DNA of 64,000 nt from an uncultured delta proteobacterium (GTDB lineage Bacteria > Myxococcota_A > Polyangia > Fen-1088), in NCBI GenBank assembly GCA_963755125.1, contig CAVWIP010000017.1, positions 1 through 64,000 on the forward strand. The letters are read 5' to 3'. The notes under the pieces were generated by a model. The model saw nothing but the letters and a program-made list of their open reading frames with translations. It made no database searches and was not told the DNA's origin. This document shows, piece by piece, positions 41,124 through 51,793 of the stretch. Numbering within the stretch: the stretch's first letter is position 1; the number at the start of each line of letters is the position of its first letter. The position numbers and the translations under genes are program-made.

Positions 41124-43238
41124 TCAGGAACCACTGCCCAGGGCAGGGCATATCTGATCAGACGCCGGACAGGTCAGACACGTCAGCGCGAGCAGCGTGC
41201 CTGGAGGCGCCAGCGGCGCAGTGCTCGGTCGCAGAACAGTGATTCTCTGGTTCATAAATGCGTTCGGGCAGCCCGTGGTTCGATCCGCATCGTAGTAGAG
41301 GTACCAGCAAGGCCGAGCGCTGTCCGGGACGTTGGCCAGCAGGGGATTTGTGGGATCCAGCGGGAGTTGGGTAGTGGGATCTATGCACTCGGTGAGAGTT
41401 TCTTGCGAGTAGCCAGTTGTCAGACACCCATTTTGGCCCGGCGTGGTGCACCCGCTGTCGTAGACAACCTGGCATTCAGGCTGCACGCCAGGTGCATTTG
41501 GGTTCGTGTCGATCAACGGGTACTGCACGCAACCTGGACTCAGCGCCTGCGAGATCGCCTCACCAATTTGGGTCATCGCGTCCGTGAAGTCCTGGTTGCA
41601 GATGCTGAAACGCTGTCCGTTGGCGCCGAAGGCACTGACGAACTTGTTATGGCGAAGACCGCCGTAGGCTTTGTAGATGTTGCCGTCAGAGGCCTGCACA
41701 GTGGGATTCCAGCAAATGGGCATGTAGTCCCAATAGGTGTTCTCTGGGGCCGGGAGCGACGTGGTGTCAACCCCGATCCTGTATTGATCCGTGGTCTGGA
41801 CATTGGGCAAGGCAGTGTCCGGGGGCCAGCCGAAGATGCCAGACACGAGGATCTGGGTCTGGGGATTGCCCTTGACACCGTTGACGCTGTCGATGATGTC
41901 CCGCACGTCGATGAGCGGAAGGTAGGTGGAGTCCAGATTGTTCCTATCGAGCTGCTCCTTGTCCGTGCAATCGGAAAATGGGTGCATGAACCCCAAGGCG
42001 CCAGTTCCAGGTCCAACGTTGGGCGTCGGGGCCGGGTTCTGCGGGGTGAAGCCGTTCACGGGGTCGTAGCCAGGGATTGGTTGGCCACCGCAGAGATGGC
42101 CCCGAGCCGCGCATTTCAGGCTGGCGGTTTCCCCAGGGGGCCTGGTCAGGAACATGCCATCGTTATTGTTGCCGTTTTGGGCTACGTCGGCGACTGGAGC
42201 AGAGCAATCATCCTCGTCGGTGATGAGCACAATGGCCAGGTATGCCTCGGGACGCAAGAAGCCGACGTTCTCCATGTTGATATCGGTGCAGTTATTGCCT
42301 TGGGCGTTGCAATTCACCTGTTGGGGGTTGAGTGCGACTTGAATCGATTGCAACTGGTGCTCGTAACCGCAGCCCGCGATTCCCACGGACTGGGCGAGGC
42401 AGGTGAAGACGTCCGTAAGCTGGCCGGTGTAGTTCTGCGCCCGCCCAACCCCGTTCGCATTCGCAACATCTGAGATCCACCGGGCACCCGAGTTGAGGCC
42501 GCACCCGTTGGGTGTGGGGTAGGTTGAAATTTGACCGGGGGCGGTCGAATATAGCGTATTGCCGGGCGCGACCGAGGCAATCAGGTTGTTGGGATCGTTT
42601 CCCCACAAAAGGCCGCGATCGCCCAGAACCCGTGAGCAGTTACCGCCGATATTGTCCGAGCCAGCCCCCATGTCGCTGCTGATGACGCCGATGTGGACGT
42701 CGGGCAAACTTACAGCTGTGCCCGAAGGGTCCAAAGGGTCTGGAAGGTTCTGCAGTACCTGGATCATCTTGGGGAAGTTGGCAGCCAGTGCCTGCTGCTT
42801 GGGATCCATCGAAGGGGAATTGTCGATCATGAACAAGATGTCGACTTCGCGGCTGACCAAGACGGTGAAGGAGGTCAATGGGAAAATATCGACTGCGTTC
42901 GTCACGGCCTCGCTTGCGCTGGTCACGCCACCGGCTGCGCTGGTCACGCCACCGACTGGGCCCGTCGTGCCACCGGCTGCTGGGCCCGTCGTGCCACCGG
43001 CTGCTGGGCTCGTCGTGCCACCGGCTGCTGGGCTCGTCGTGCCACCGGCTGCTGGGCTCGTCGTGCCACCGGCTGGGCCCGTCACGCCTCCGGGGGCTAC
43101 TGTCGCACCCCCAGGATTCGCGCTGGCGTCGTTGGGTAGGCTGGTGCCTGCCAACGGATCGGACATGCATGCGGCCGACAAGCCTGTGAGCAGGAGTGCG
43201 GCCAGCGAGCCTTGACTGCTGCGAGTGTGGTTTCTCAT
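41124..43238 (-). CDS. Myxobacterial-type vWA-domain lipoprotein
   Basis: Lipobox SAAC, DILFMIDNSPSM MIDAS, HIGVISSDMG, GCGYEHQL and ITDEDDCS; Cys-rich C-terminus. Confidence 0.85.
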   Translation of the reverse strand: MRNHTRSSQGSLAALLLTGLSAACMSDPLAGTSLPNDASANPGGATVAPGGVTGPAGGTTSPAAGGTTSPAAGGTTSPAAGGTTGPAAGGTTGPVGGVTSAAGGVTSASEAVTNAVDIFPLTSFTVLVSREVDILFMIDNSPSMDPKQQALAANFPKMIQVLQNLPDPLDPSGTAVSLPDVHIGVISSDMGAGSDNIGGNCSRVLGDRGLLWGNDPNNLIASVAPGNTLYSTAPGQISTYPTPNGCGLNSGARWISDVANANGVGRAQNYTGQLTDVFTCLAQSVGIAGCGYEHQLQSIQVALNPQQVNCNAQGNNCTDINMENVGFLRPEAYLAIVLITDEDDCSAPVADVAQNGNNNDGMFLTRPPGETASLKCAARGHLCGGQPIPGYDPVNGFTPQNPAPTPNVGPGTGALGFMHPFSDCTDKEQLDRNNLDSTYLPLIDVRDIIDSVNGVKGNPQTQILVSGIFGWPPDTALPNVQTTDQYRIGVDTTSLPAPENTYWDYMPICWNPTVQASDGNIYKAYGGLRHNKFVSAFGANGQRFSICNQDFTDAMTQIGEAISQALSPGCVQYPLIDTNPNAPGVQPECQVVYDSGCTTPGQNGCLTTGYSQETLTECIDPTTQLPLDPTNPLLANVPDSARPCWYLYYDADRTTGCPNAFMNQRITVLRPSTAPLAPPGTLLALTCLTCPASDQICPALGSGS
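42916..43087. repeat. 24/21-bp coding tandem repeat (GGTT[S/G]PAA linker)
   Basis: About 5 units of TGGGCYCGTCGTGCCACCGGCTGC plus degenerate 21-mers. Confidence 0.9.
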
Positions 43239-43553
43239 GACCTTACCTAGTCCCCGAACACCAATCGACCTTACAAACGACATCAAAGAAACCAGAAACT
43301 GACGCCCAGGCAAAGCTGGGCTTCGATTCGCGGCAAGGCTGCCAGACGGGGGCTGCCCTGGCCATGTCGTCGCGAGTGTTTGGCGCGACCGGCCACAGGA
43401 AGGTGCGCAGCAAGGGCGCAGCTCGGCCCATTACGCCGACTTGCTTCTGCTCCGGTGCGCGAGTGGGAGCCCGGCCAAGGCTCCCCAGGATGGGGCCAGG
43501 TCGCTGTGTTTCTGGTCTAACCGGTTGTGGGAGGCGGAAGGTCCTGCGGTGAA

Positions 43554-43699
43554 TAAGCTATGGGAACTGGGTCCCCTTTGATCCGGGTGTCCACCGTCGC
43601 ACGCACACCGGGGGTGGGGTATGTTGGCCGTTGGAAAAATTTTGGGGCAAAAATTCAAGCCAGCCGGGCCAGCTTGAACCCGGAGGCAGGCTCGCCTCC
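43554..43699. repeat. Conserved non-coding motif, copy C
   Basis: Same blocks as copy B; the second hairpin is GGAGGC..GCCTCC. Confidence 0.75.
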
Positions 43700-43709
43700 A
43701 TCATTAGAT

Positions 43710-43892
43710 CAGGTACCGGAAGCCGCGGCCATCTTCAAAGTGAGCGTGGCGACCATGCGCAGATGGGTCAAGACCGGCCACGTTTCGGTCGTGAAACTGG
43801 CAAACACGGTCCGTGTTGACCTGCCCCGAGTCCACGGCGTCGATGCGGCGGACGTCGCACGGATGGCCAGGGAGGCACGGGCTCGACGCTGA
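43710..43892 (+). pseudogene. Excisionase HTH fragment paralogous to 25676-25996
   Basis: EAAAIFKVSVATMRRWVKTGHVSVVKLANTVRVDLPRVHG; the N-terminal part is missing. Confidence 0.75.
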
Positions 43893-44006
43893 AGGCTATC
43901 GGTAGGCGATCCTATCCCGTCCCCAATTCACTACCGACAGTGGGCCCCCTTCGTCGAAGATGCCCACTGTCGTCCGTGCACCAAGGGCAAGGTGTGTCCG
44001 CGGGCA

Positions 44007-44864
44007 TCAACTTCGTGAAACTGCCCTCTCCGACCGATCTCCTTTGCCGAGGTTGCATGAGGTGCAAAGAATCTGAAGGTTCTTCTTCTCGGTCCGGCCA
44101 CCCCGTGCCACGGGGATGATGTGGTCCACGTGGAGCTTAACTCCCTCCTTGGCACCATGGCCGCAGGCGCAGCACCGGAATCGGTGAGCCTCCAGAATTT
44201 CGTAGCGCAGGCCGAGGGGGACGCTGCGACCCTTGAACACGCGACCGGCGTCTTCGGGGTGCACTTCACGCTTCGGCAGCGATTGGAGGGAGTAGCCCTT
44301 GTTGCCCATGAAGTGACCCTTCACCAGCGCCACGGTGAGGAAGGATCGCAGGAAGGATTGGGGAGTGGTGTCTACGAGGACGCCCGATTTCCCATCGAAC
44401 GTGCCCAACACCAGACGGTGGTTCTCATCGACCTCCATACCCAACCGTCGGAGCATGCCGCAAAGTTCATCGGCCCGAGTCGCACGGGCAGCTGCGCCAA
44501 TCTTGCGGGTGGCGAGTCGCAGGGTCTGGGTCAAGGTGAAGATGGCTCCCTTGTGGCGCAGCAGGGTTAGGTTCACGGAGAAGAGCATGCCTCTTGCGCA
44601 GTAGGCAAATAGCCTCCAGTGGTCGTTCACGTTCAAGTAAAGCTGGAGGGAGATCTCAAGTTGCTGTTCCCTACCGATAGTGAACGTGTACTCCAGTTCG
44701 CGGTGAAGCAACTGCCAGTCTTCGTGGTTGTACTGAAGCCTCGAAGTCGTAAGGATTCCTCGGTGTCCGGCAATCCGGGTCTTGCCGAACTCCAGGTCCA
44801 GTGCTGGCAAGGTATTCTCTACGAGCAAATCTCGAAATCTCAACACGTAGGCTGGGGCTCTCAT
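44007..44864 (-). CDS. HNH endonuclease with an uncharacterised N-terminal domain
   Basis: LRYEILEAHRFRCCACG...LHVDHIIPVARGG.T...NLQILCTSCNLGK; ATGA coupling to the upstream ORF. Confidence 0.85.
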   Translation of the reverse strand: MRAPAYVLRFRDLLVENTLPALDLEFGKTRIAGHRGILTTSRLQYNHEDWQLLHRELEYTFTIGREQQLEISLQLYLNVNDHWRLFAYCARGMLFSVNLTLLRHKGAIFTLTQTLRLATRKIGAAARATRADELCGMLRRLGMEVDENHRLVLGTFDGKSGVLVDTTPQSFLRSFLTVALVKGHFMGNKGYSLQSLPKREVHPEDAGRVFKGRSVPLGLRYEILEAHRFRCCACGHGAKEGVKLHVDHIIPVARGGRTEKKNLQILCTSCNLGKGDRSERAVSRS

Positions 44865-45120
44865 CTTCGCACCACCCTTCTGCCAGGTTGCCGTGACGTC
44901 TCTGCGACTGAACCGGGAACGGGGTTGGCCTGCGCCGCACGTAGGTCCGCCACGATCACCTCGGCATCCCGGCGCTTGAATTCCTTGGGAGAACCCCGAA
45001 ACTGGCCCGTCCACGCGATGGGCGAGACCATGTTCTGGAAGAAGCTCAGCCGGTCACGCTGGGTCAGCACCGGCACCCCAAGGCCCTTCACACGGAACCG
45101 TACGTAGAAGTTCTTGGATC
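44861..45120 (-). pseudogene. EVE/PUA-like domain C-terminal remnant
   Basis: VPVLTQRDRLSFFQNMVSPIAWTGQFRGSP...DAEVIV resembles recalled EVE C-termini; no N-terminal half. Confidence 0.45.
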
Positions 45121-45272
45121 TCGCGGGAATCCGGCGATTTCCATTGTCTTCCTGGCGAGGAAAATCGGGCACTTCCGCACTTTTTCGACCAGTAGTGCTA
45201 GCCGTCCCCTGGTCCGGACAAAGTCTTTTGCGGCTGACAGCCCCGTCGTGCAAATCCATTCTTGCGCGGTCT

Positions 45273-47845
45273 CTAGGATTCCCGTCCGAGCTGCCCCGGG
45301 CTGGTACGGTTCGGTCCTCGTCGGCGCTTCCCTCCTCCATCCTTGGGGCCAGCCAAGTGCTCCAGAGCGAATTCATACAGGAAACGCGCACTCGTGTATG
45401 CAGCGTACCGTTGATAGTCGTCCCCCTTTGCGGAGTCCCCGAAATCGCAAACTGACTTGACAGACATAGCCGCAGGCCGCGGTTCCCTACAGTGCGCCGC
45501 CGCCACGAAAACGGCGTAGGTCTCCATCTCGACGCCGATGACCTTGCGGTTTCTTCGAACGATGTCCTCCATGACCGTCCTGTCTGCGACGACGGAGGCC
45601 CCAGACGCGATGGGACCGATCTGAGCGCTGAGTTCAAACCGCGGCCGGGTTCCTGGCCATTTCCCAGATATCCCCGCGAGCATCTTCCCATCGAGCCGAA
45701 ACTGCCCCAATCTCGCCTTGAGGACTGGATCTAGTGGCAATGGCGAAGGAGATGGAGCGAAGCGACTCCCGCTACCGGCAACAGCTGTAACCTTGCCCGC
45801 ACCGTAGTCCCACGACTGGTCGGCAATTAGGATGTCGCCGAAATTGCCCTCCACGCCGGCTGCTATCCCCGCCATCGCCAAGTACCGCGGCCGGAAGCGC
45901 TCCACGATCTTCATAGCCAGAACAGCCGTAGCGGGCATGCCAACATCGCCCGTAGCAGCTGCGACGACCCGCATCCGCTTACCCGAACGGGTAAAGACTC
46001 CACAGTGGTAGATAGCGCTGTCGCCCTTAAAGCTCTTTTCCTTCCATTTCCCTGGCAGGTTCAACACCGCCTGCAACTCTACGGCCTCCAGAGCGGTCAT
46101 GATCGCCATGTCGACCGGCCCGCTGGGCGCATCACGACCGAAAACCTCATCAACTATGTATACCAACTTCTGTCCAAGTGGAGTTGACCCGATTTGGTGG
46201 ACGGTTTCGTTACGCAGCTTTCTTACCAGCTTTCTTCACTGAGTGCATCAGCTCAAATTCGATTGGGCTGTTGTAATTGAGCGCCGAATGACGGCGGCAA
46301 GGATTGTAGAAGCCTTCGATGTACTCGCCAATCGAGAGGTTAGCTGCCTCCCAGCTTTCGAGATCGTCGATGTCTTCCAACTCGCGCTTGAGGGTCGCGA
46401 AGAAACTCTCGGCCACGGCATTATCCCAGCAGTCTCCCTTCCGGCTCATGCTGCATTCTATGCTTCCGGCTTCCAAGGCTTTGCGGTAGTCGTCGCTCGC
46501 GTACGTGCTGCCTCGATCTGAGTGGTGAACCAGGCCGCTGCCGGGCTGGCGTTGGCACAAGGCCATGGCCAGTGCCGCGAGCGCGAGGTGGCGATCGACA
46601 TTCCGACTGGTCGCCCAGCCGACAACCCGCCTGGAAAACAGGTCGAGAATCACCGCGAGGTACAGCCAGCCTTGCTGCGTCCACAGAAACGTGATGTCAG
46701 TGACCCACGACTGGTTTGGACGAAGCGCGGTGAAGTTGCGCTCCAGCACATTCGGCGCGATGGGGAAGCTGTGCTTCGAGTCGGTGGTCGTGCGAAAACG
46801 ATGACGACAGCGCGCCACCAGCTTGTTTTCGCGCATCAGCCTGGCCACCCGCTTGCAACCCACCCGATCCCCGGAAGCTTTGAGGTCGGCATGAACACGG
46901 GGACTGCCGTATCGTCGCCGGCTCCCGTGATGAATCGCGGCTATCCGCTCGGACAGATCCTGGTCACGGCGTGCGTGCAACGAGGCGGGCCGTCCCTGGC
47001 TGGCGTAGTAGCCACTGGGCGAAACGGCCAAGACACGGCAGAGGACCGCGACGGGGAAGGCCACCTTCTCCTCGGAGATGAACGCAAACCTCACGCGCTC
47101 TCCTTGGCGAAGAAGGTGGCCGCCCTTTTTAAAATCTCACGCTCCATGCGGAGGACTTTCACCTCGCGACGCAGATGCGAAAGTTCTTCCTTCTCGGCGG
47201 TCGTCAGGGCGCCAGCAGGGCCCTTGCCCTCGTCTACCCTCGACTGCCGATCCCACTGGTACACCAGGCTGCTTGCCACCCTGAAGTCCTTTGCTACCTG
47301 CGCGACGCTGCGTCCTGCACGGACGAGCGCCACCAAGTCTGCCTTGAACTCGCGCGTGTGCATGCGCCGGGATCGCTTCTTCTCTTTGTCCAACATGTGG
47401 TCACCTTTCTACGCCCATTTTCCTGAGCGAGGGTGTCCACCAAACCGGGTCAAGTCCAAAGTTTCTCCGCCCAGTCGTTCGAGCTTTCCTCATACTTAAC
47501 CAGGTGCCACAGGCTCGCCTCGAAGTCGCCACGGTATTGATCGCGAAGATCATCAAAGGCAGTAAGCCCCACGATGTGCCCTGGTCGGATAGCACCTCCC
47601 CGCTTCTTGAACCGAATCATTACCGTCATCCCGCCGTCCGATCGCGCTGGTTCGCCACGTCGGACTGGCAACTTCAAGTCGATAATGAGGAGATCAAACC
47701 GCTGTCGCGTCATGGCCTGCGTGGCATCATTTGCCGTGGTCGCAACCTCCACGATCAGATTCTCTTCCGCGACGAAAGCATGCAGGGTCTGGATGACAGC
47801 GTCCACCTTCCGCCGGTTGTCATCGGCAATAAGTACTCTAATCAT
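45273..47845 (-). pseudogene. dtcC: Detocs effector DtcC (REC + nucleoside phosphorylase), interrupted by IS3
   Basis: REC part MIRVLIADD..IIDLKLP; PNP part MTALEAVE, MAGIAAG, GDILIA, ASGASVV, GVEME, VKSVCDFGD. Removing the IS gives WAEKL-GQKLVYIV in frame (~429 aa). Confidence 0.88.
46179..47458 (-). mobile_element. IS3-family insertion sequence, copy 2 (1280 bp, TSD AAG)
   Basis: Same IRs as copy 1; the ORF translations (46210-47094, 47091-47396) are identical to copy 1. Confidence 0.95.
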
Positions 47846-48299
47846 CTCTCTTCAGCCTTCTTTGCACTATCTCGCGCAGTTTGTTGCGCCAGCCAGACTC
47901 GGACGGCTCGTAAAAGACCGTCCCCCAATATCTACCCTCAAATTCCGCCCCCATCTTGGCAGCCAATTCATCGAGACTCTGCGTCTCTTCTCCCGTTCCA
48001 AAACTCTCAAACTGAGTGACCACAACGACGCCAACCGCGAGGTTCCTTCGCTTCAATTCTGCAAGGATATCATAGCCGCTGAATGGGCGCGGTCTGCCGC
48101 CCTTCTCCAAAGACGAAATGTCATACGTTGGCATGCTCATGTCGAGAAGTATAAGTCTGGGCTTCAGCTCCACCGCCGCCTGGAGACCGCTCTGGTATGA
48201 GCGGCGCTCAGTCACGTCCCCTTGAAGAAGATCTTCCCGAACAAAGCGCATCAACTCCCGACTCTTGTTCGGGTCGTCCTCAATGATGAGGATTTTCAT
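47838..48299 (-). CDS. dtcB: Detocs stand-alone receiver DtcB
   Basis: MKILIIEDD..LILLDMSMPTYD..VVVTQFESF, located between the kinase-like gene and the REC-PNP gene. Confidence 0.85.
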   Translation of the reverse strand: MKILIIEDDPNKSRELMRFVREDLLQGDVTERRSYQSGLQAAVELKPRLILLDMSMPTYDISSLEKGGRPRPFSGYDILAELKRRNLAVGVVVVTQFESFGTGEETQSLDELAAKMGAEFEGRYWGTVFYEPSESGWRNKLREIVQRRLKRDD

Positions 48300-51200
48300 G
48301 TTTGCAAACCCTCCAGCGACAATTCTACCCTTATCGCAAAGCCCTCTTTGGGCTTAACATCGACATCGATGGAGTAGTCCTCTTGCCCCAGGTCGTACTT
48401 GGCGATCTTGTGTAGCTTCGCAAACCCACTGCCCCCCTCCTGACGAATGACGCCTGTCGCCCTCTTTGCTGTTTCAAGGAGAGACCGAGCCGTCCTCTGC
48501 AAGTCCTCGACCGAGATGTCGGGGCCCAAGGCATTACGTACCTCAATAACCAAGCGAGCGCAATGCGCGAATATCCGGCCCTGCACCCGTGGTCGGTCAA
48601 GCTGGGCGTGTCTCACAGCGTTCTCGAAGAGAATAAAGAGCAGGTCAATGAAGGCTGTAAAGCTACTCCCCTTCATCATAAGAGATTCGTCCCCGATCTC
48701 CATTTCAGGGAACTCCGCGAGGTTAGGAAAGCAGTTTCGCAGGATCTCGCTCGACGCGTAGGCAAGAAGCGTAAGCTTGTAGTCAGGTACTGCCTCCTCC
48801 TCCCCGACTTTGAACCAGGCCGCAATGGCACCAAGTTCGTTCGCGACGCTCGTACGACAGCGCGCCAGAGCCGCAGAAAGGTCTGCGTTGCGCGTGCCAG
48901 GGGCCAATTCTCCGAGCGCCCTCTCCAAGTCGTCGATTGTCTGAAGGAGGCGCTGGCAAAGCTCCCCGGTGATTCGGTCTCTGATCTTCGCTAGCTGAGC
49001 CTGGGTCCTTTCCCAGAGGTTCGCAAACACGGCTTCAACGAACCGCTCGACGTCGGCTATCTGAAGTACGGCGAGGTATAGATTGACGGCATCAGCGTCG
49101 GTGTAGTCGAAGTCGAACATCCCAGCAGCTTTGCTCCGCGACTTGATCTGGAGCCAATCCTCCTTTACCTCCTGGATCAGCCCGTCGATCGTGGCAGAGA
49201 AGCGGCGAAACGCATCGTTGATCTTGTCGCGGACCGCAGCGGGGCTGGACAGCGTTAAGGGCTTGCTCCAATGCGCGTTGTACTCGTATTGTGCTGTTCT
49301 TGCGTTCTTTCGGGTGATCAGTGCCTCTCTCTCGAACTGGCTTCTGATTTGGCCCGATAGAGTCCCGTGCCGAATCCGGACGCTCAGGTACGAATCGAGG
49401 CCAAATTCGTTGCTCGAAATGAACCTGGCGCGAAGATCGTCGAAGAGATCCTGGAACTGCTGCAGAGTCGCATCGCTAATGACAAGTACGGGCTCCTCTG
49501 TGTCGAATCTCAGGTCCTTCAGAGCGAGCGTTTCTCGGAGCCTTCCGGTCAGCAACGAGAACGCCCGGAAGCGCAGAAACTTGTCGTAAAACCCACGGTC
49601 GAGAGAGCGAACGATCCCCGACGTATCGACGTGGATTTTGCTCTCGCCATATCGTTGGAGCGCCCGACGGATCACCAGGGCTTCCGTTCTTCGTGCAATT
49701 TCCGTGGAGGATGCGTCGGAGGAAGCAGGATCTATGGCGAGGAGCGTCTGGCATATTGCAATCCGCTCACGCTCAAGGTCCTCCGAGCTACCAAACGCGA
49801 CGGAGTAGTCCATCACCTCCGGAATGCAAACGTGTCGAAGAAAGTGAATGTAGCGCCTGGCTGGGAAACTGTCTTTGCGTGTGAAGAGTTCGCTCGGCTT
49901 CCGCGCGCCGGCTTGCGAAAGAAAGTCGTCATAGGCGGCGTAGGTAGACCGAAAGGAGTCTTGTCTTCGGCGTGCCTGTCGCGGGATCGAGAAGAGAATG
50001 GGCCAGACAAGCGAATCTTGTCGGGTTGGGGGATGGGCCTTGCATGCATCGATGATTTCTTGGATAGGGAAGGCCCCTATACCGTTGGGCCGCTCCAGGT
50101 ACGCGTCCACAGTAATCTCGGCCGCTTCGGCGGGCTGCCCTGCGGACAGGTAGGCAGAGCAGAGACCGAGCGACGCTTCATGGCGGAGCGGCATGCCCCC
50201 CTGGGGGTGTGAAAGGAGGGCTGAATAGTGCACAATTGCGCGACGATACTCTCCACGCAACACAGCATGACGAGCTTCGTACTTCTCTGCGCGCGGCGGC
50301 CAGATCCCTTCGAAGGAAGTGGGGGCGCGATCTCTGAATAGGTCGACGACTGGGCCGTGCTCGTACCAAGAAGCGATCTTGTCGAGAAAGGCTGGCTTGT
50401 CGTTCGGAGGCAGAATCTCCGAGAAGCGGGGGGTAATGGCGCTTGCGGCCAGAGCGCCGAAGACCTCCATGTCAAGGCCGGTTTTTATGCATCCTTGGAC
50501 TGCGAGAAATGCCAGGACCTGGTCGGCGAACCTGGTCCCGTCGAGCGTGTGCGTGAGTTTCCGCAACCACGCGACGGCCTCGGTTGTGTCCGGGCCTCGC
50601 GCTAGCACCGAAATCACGGCGCGAACCAATGGCTCGGCCGACCCGAACCTGGCGCCGTCCGGCTCCCGCCCGAGATAGAGGCAGCTTTTCGCATAGAGCT
50701 CAACGAACTCGAATGCGTCCGTTCCCCTCGCGAGCACGTCTTCGGCCTTGAGGGCCGCCTCTTCGTGGGCACCACTGGTGTAGGCGTTTAAGACGTATGC
50801 GAGAAACGGGTCCGGAGGCGTCGCCGGAAGCGCGGAACGCGGATTTGCTAAGAGATTCAACAGCTCCAACCGCTTGTCCTTCACGGCTTGGGCGAGGGAG
50901 CCAATGCACTCACGGAGGGCCCCTCGGGCGTGCGTTTCCGGGTCGCTGGCGCAGATCTGAAGGCACCGCAAATAGCAGCAATACCGATCCACCATCGGGT
51001 AGCTCGCCTCCCGATGGAGCACATGTCGAACATCCGGCTTGAATCGGAGGCTGGAGAAATCGAATTGGAAACGGAAGGCGCTAATGGCGCCCTTTATCTC
51101 TGGCTGGTCAGATCCTGGGACCCCCGCACAAAGGGTGTCTATTGCACTCTCATAGTTCGAGGCCGAGAGTTCCTCCTCCACCCTTTGACTAATGAGCGTT

Positions 51201-51793
51201 GCGTGGACGCGCACAAATTCACTGCCGGCTTGTTCAGCCAGATCGGCAAGGTGGGCTCGATTTTCCTTGAGCCCACCCTGCTTCTGGGCCAGGAGCAGCT
51301 CAGCTCTGAGCGTCCAAAGGGACTGGCCTAGTCGGTCGACGATTTGTCGGAGCGTTGCTGCGGCTTCGGCGAGATCTACCGTGAGCAGGGCTGCCTCGAA
51401 CCGGTCCCGCAATGCAATGAATCCAGAAAGACGATCAGCATACCTCTTTAGGACGGCGCAGTTCCACCGCAGTTCATCGGCAAGAGAGTTGCCGATCGGC
51501 AGGACCTGCGCTCTCGTGAAGTCGGCGTAGGTCTGCGGAAAGGCAGTGCCTGTGATCAGACGTTCTGCGGCGGGCTGGTGATACCTGAGCACACGACCAA
51601 TAAGCTTGATGGACTCCGCTTTTAGACTGATCCGGGCTGCCGCCCCACGCCTCGTAGGTTCAAGCAGACGCAGATATCGTACGGGGATGAACCCTGGCGC
51701 ATTCTCGCCCTTTTCTCGAAGCCTGCGGACCTCTCTGCGTTTCGCGCGGCGCAGCACGCCTGCCCGCTTTGCTTGTCTCTTCAGTGCCACCAC
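48296..51793 (-). CDS. dtcA: Detocs sensor DtcA (TPR-like + His-kinase/GHKL)
   Basis: Long helical N-terminus, LSVRIRHGTL His motif, LFENAVRH N-box and EGGSGFAKL G-box. Confidence 0.85.
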   Translation of the reverse strand: MVALKRQAKRAGVLRRAKRREVRRLREKGENAPGFIPVRYLRLLEPTRRGAAARISLKAESIKLIGRVLRYHQPAAERLITGTAFPQTYADFTRAQVLPIGNSLADELRWNCAVLKRYADRLSGFIALRDRFEAALLTVDLAEAAATLRQIVDRLGQSLWTLRAELLLAQKQGGLKENRAHLADLAEQAGSEFVRVHATLISQRVEEELSASNYESAIDTLCAGVPGSDQPEIKGAISAFRFQFDFSSLRFKPDVRHVLHREASYPMVDRYCCYLRCLQICASDPETHARGALRECIGSLAQAVKDKRLELLNLLANPRSALPATPPDPFLAYVLNAYTSGAHEEAALKAEDVLARGTDAFEFVELYAKSCLYLGREPDGARFGSAEPLVRAVISVLARGPDTTEAVAWLRKLTHTLDGTRFADQVLAFLAVQGCIKTGLDMEVFGALAASAITPRFSEILPPNDKPAFLDKIASWYEHGPVVDLFRDRAPTSFEGIWPPRAEKYEARHAVLRGEYRRAIVHYSALLSHPQGGMPLRHEASLGLCSAYLSAGQPAEAAEITVDAYLERPNGIGAFPIQEIIDACKAHPPTRQDSLVWPILFSIPRQARRRQDSFRSTYAAYDDFLSQAGARKPSELFTRKDSFPARRYIHFLRHVCIPEVMDYSVAFGSSEDLERERIAICQTLLAIDPASSDASSTEIARRTEALVIRRALQRYGESKIHVDTSGIVRSLDRGFYDKFLRFRAFSLLTGRLRETLALKDLRFDTEEPVLVISDATLQQFQDLFDDLRARFISSNEFGLDSYLSVRIRHGTLSGQIRSQFEREALITRKNARTAQYEYNAHWSKPLTLSSPAAVRDKINDAFRRFSATIDGLIQEVKEDWLQIKSRSKAAGMFDFDYTDADAVNLYLAVLQIADVERFVEAVFANLWERTQAQLAKIRDRITGELCQRLLQTIDDLERALGELAPGTRNADLSAALARCRTSVANELGAIAAWFKVGEEEAVPDYKLTLLAYASSEILRNCFPNLAEFPEMEIGDESLMMKGSSFTAFIDLLFILFENAVRHAQLDRPRVQGRIFAHCARLVIEVRNALGPDISVEDLQRTARSLLETAKRATGVIRQEGGSGFAKLHKIAKYDLGQEDYSIDVDVKPKEGFAIRVELSLEGLQT

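Noticed and set aside
41088..42473. Long antisense ORFs (also 5767-6756, 33140-34138, 46522-47499, 62937-63944)
   Set aside because: Shadows of real GC-rich genes on the opposite strand, with no recognisable motifs.
42916..43087. CRISPR array
   Set aside because: Head-to-tail in-frame coding repeats with no spacers and no cas genes.
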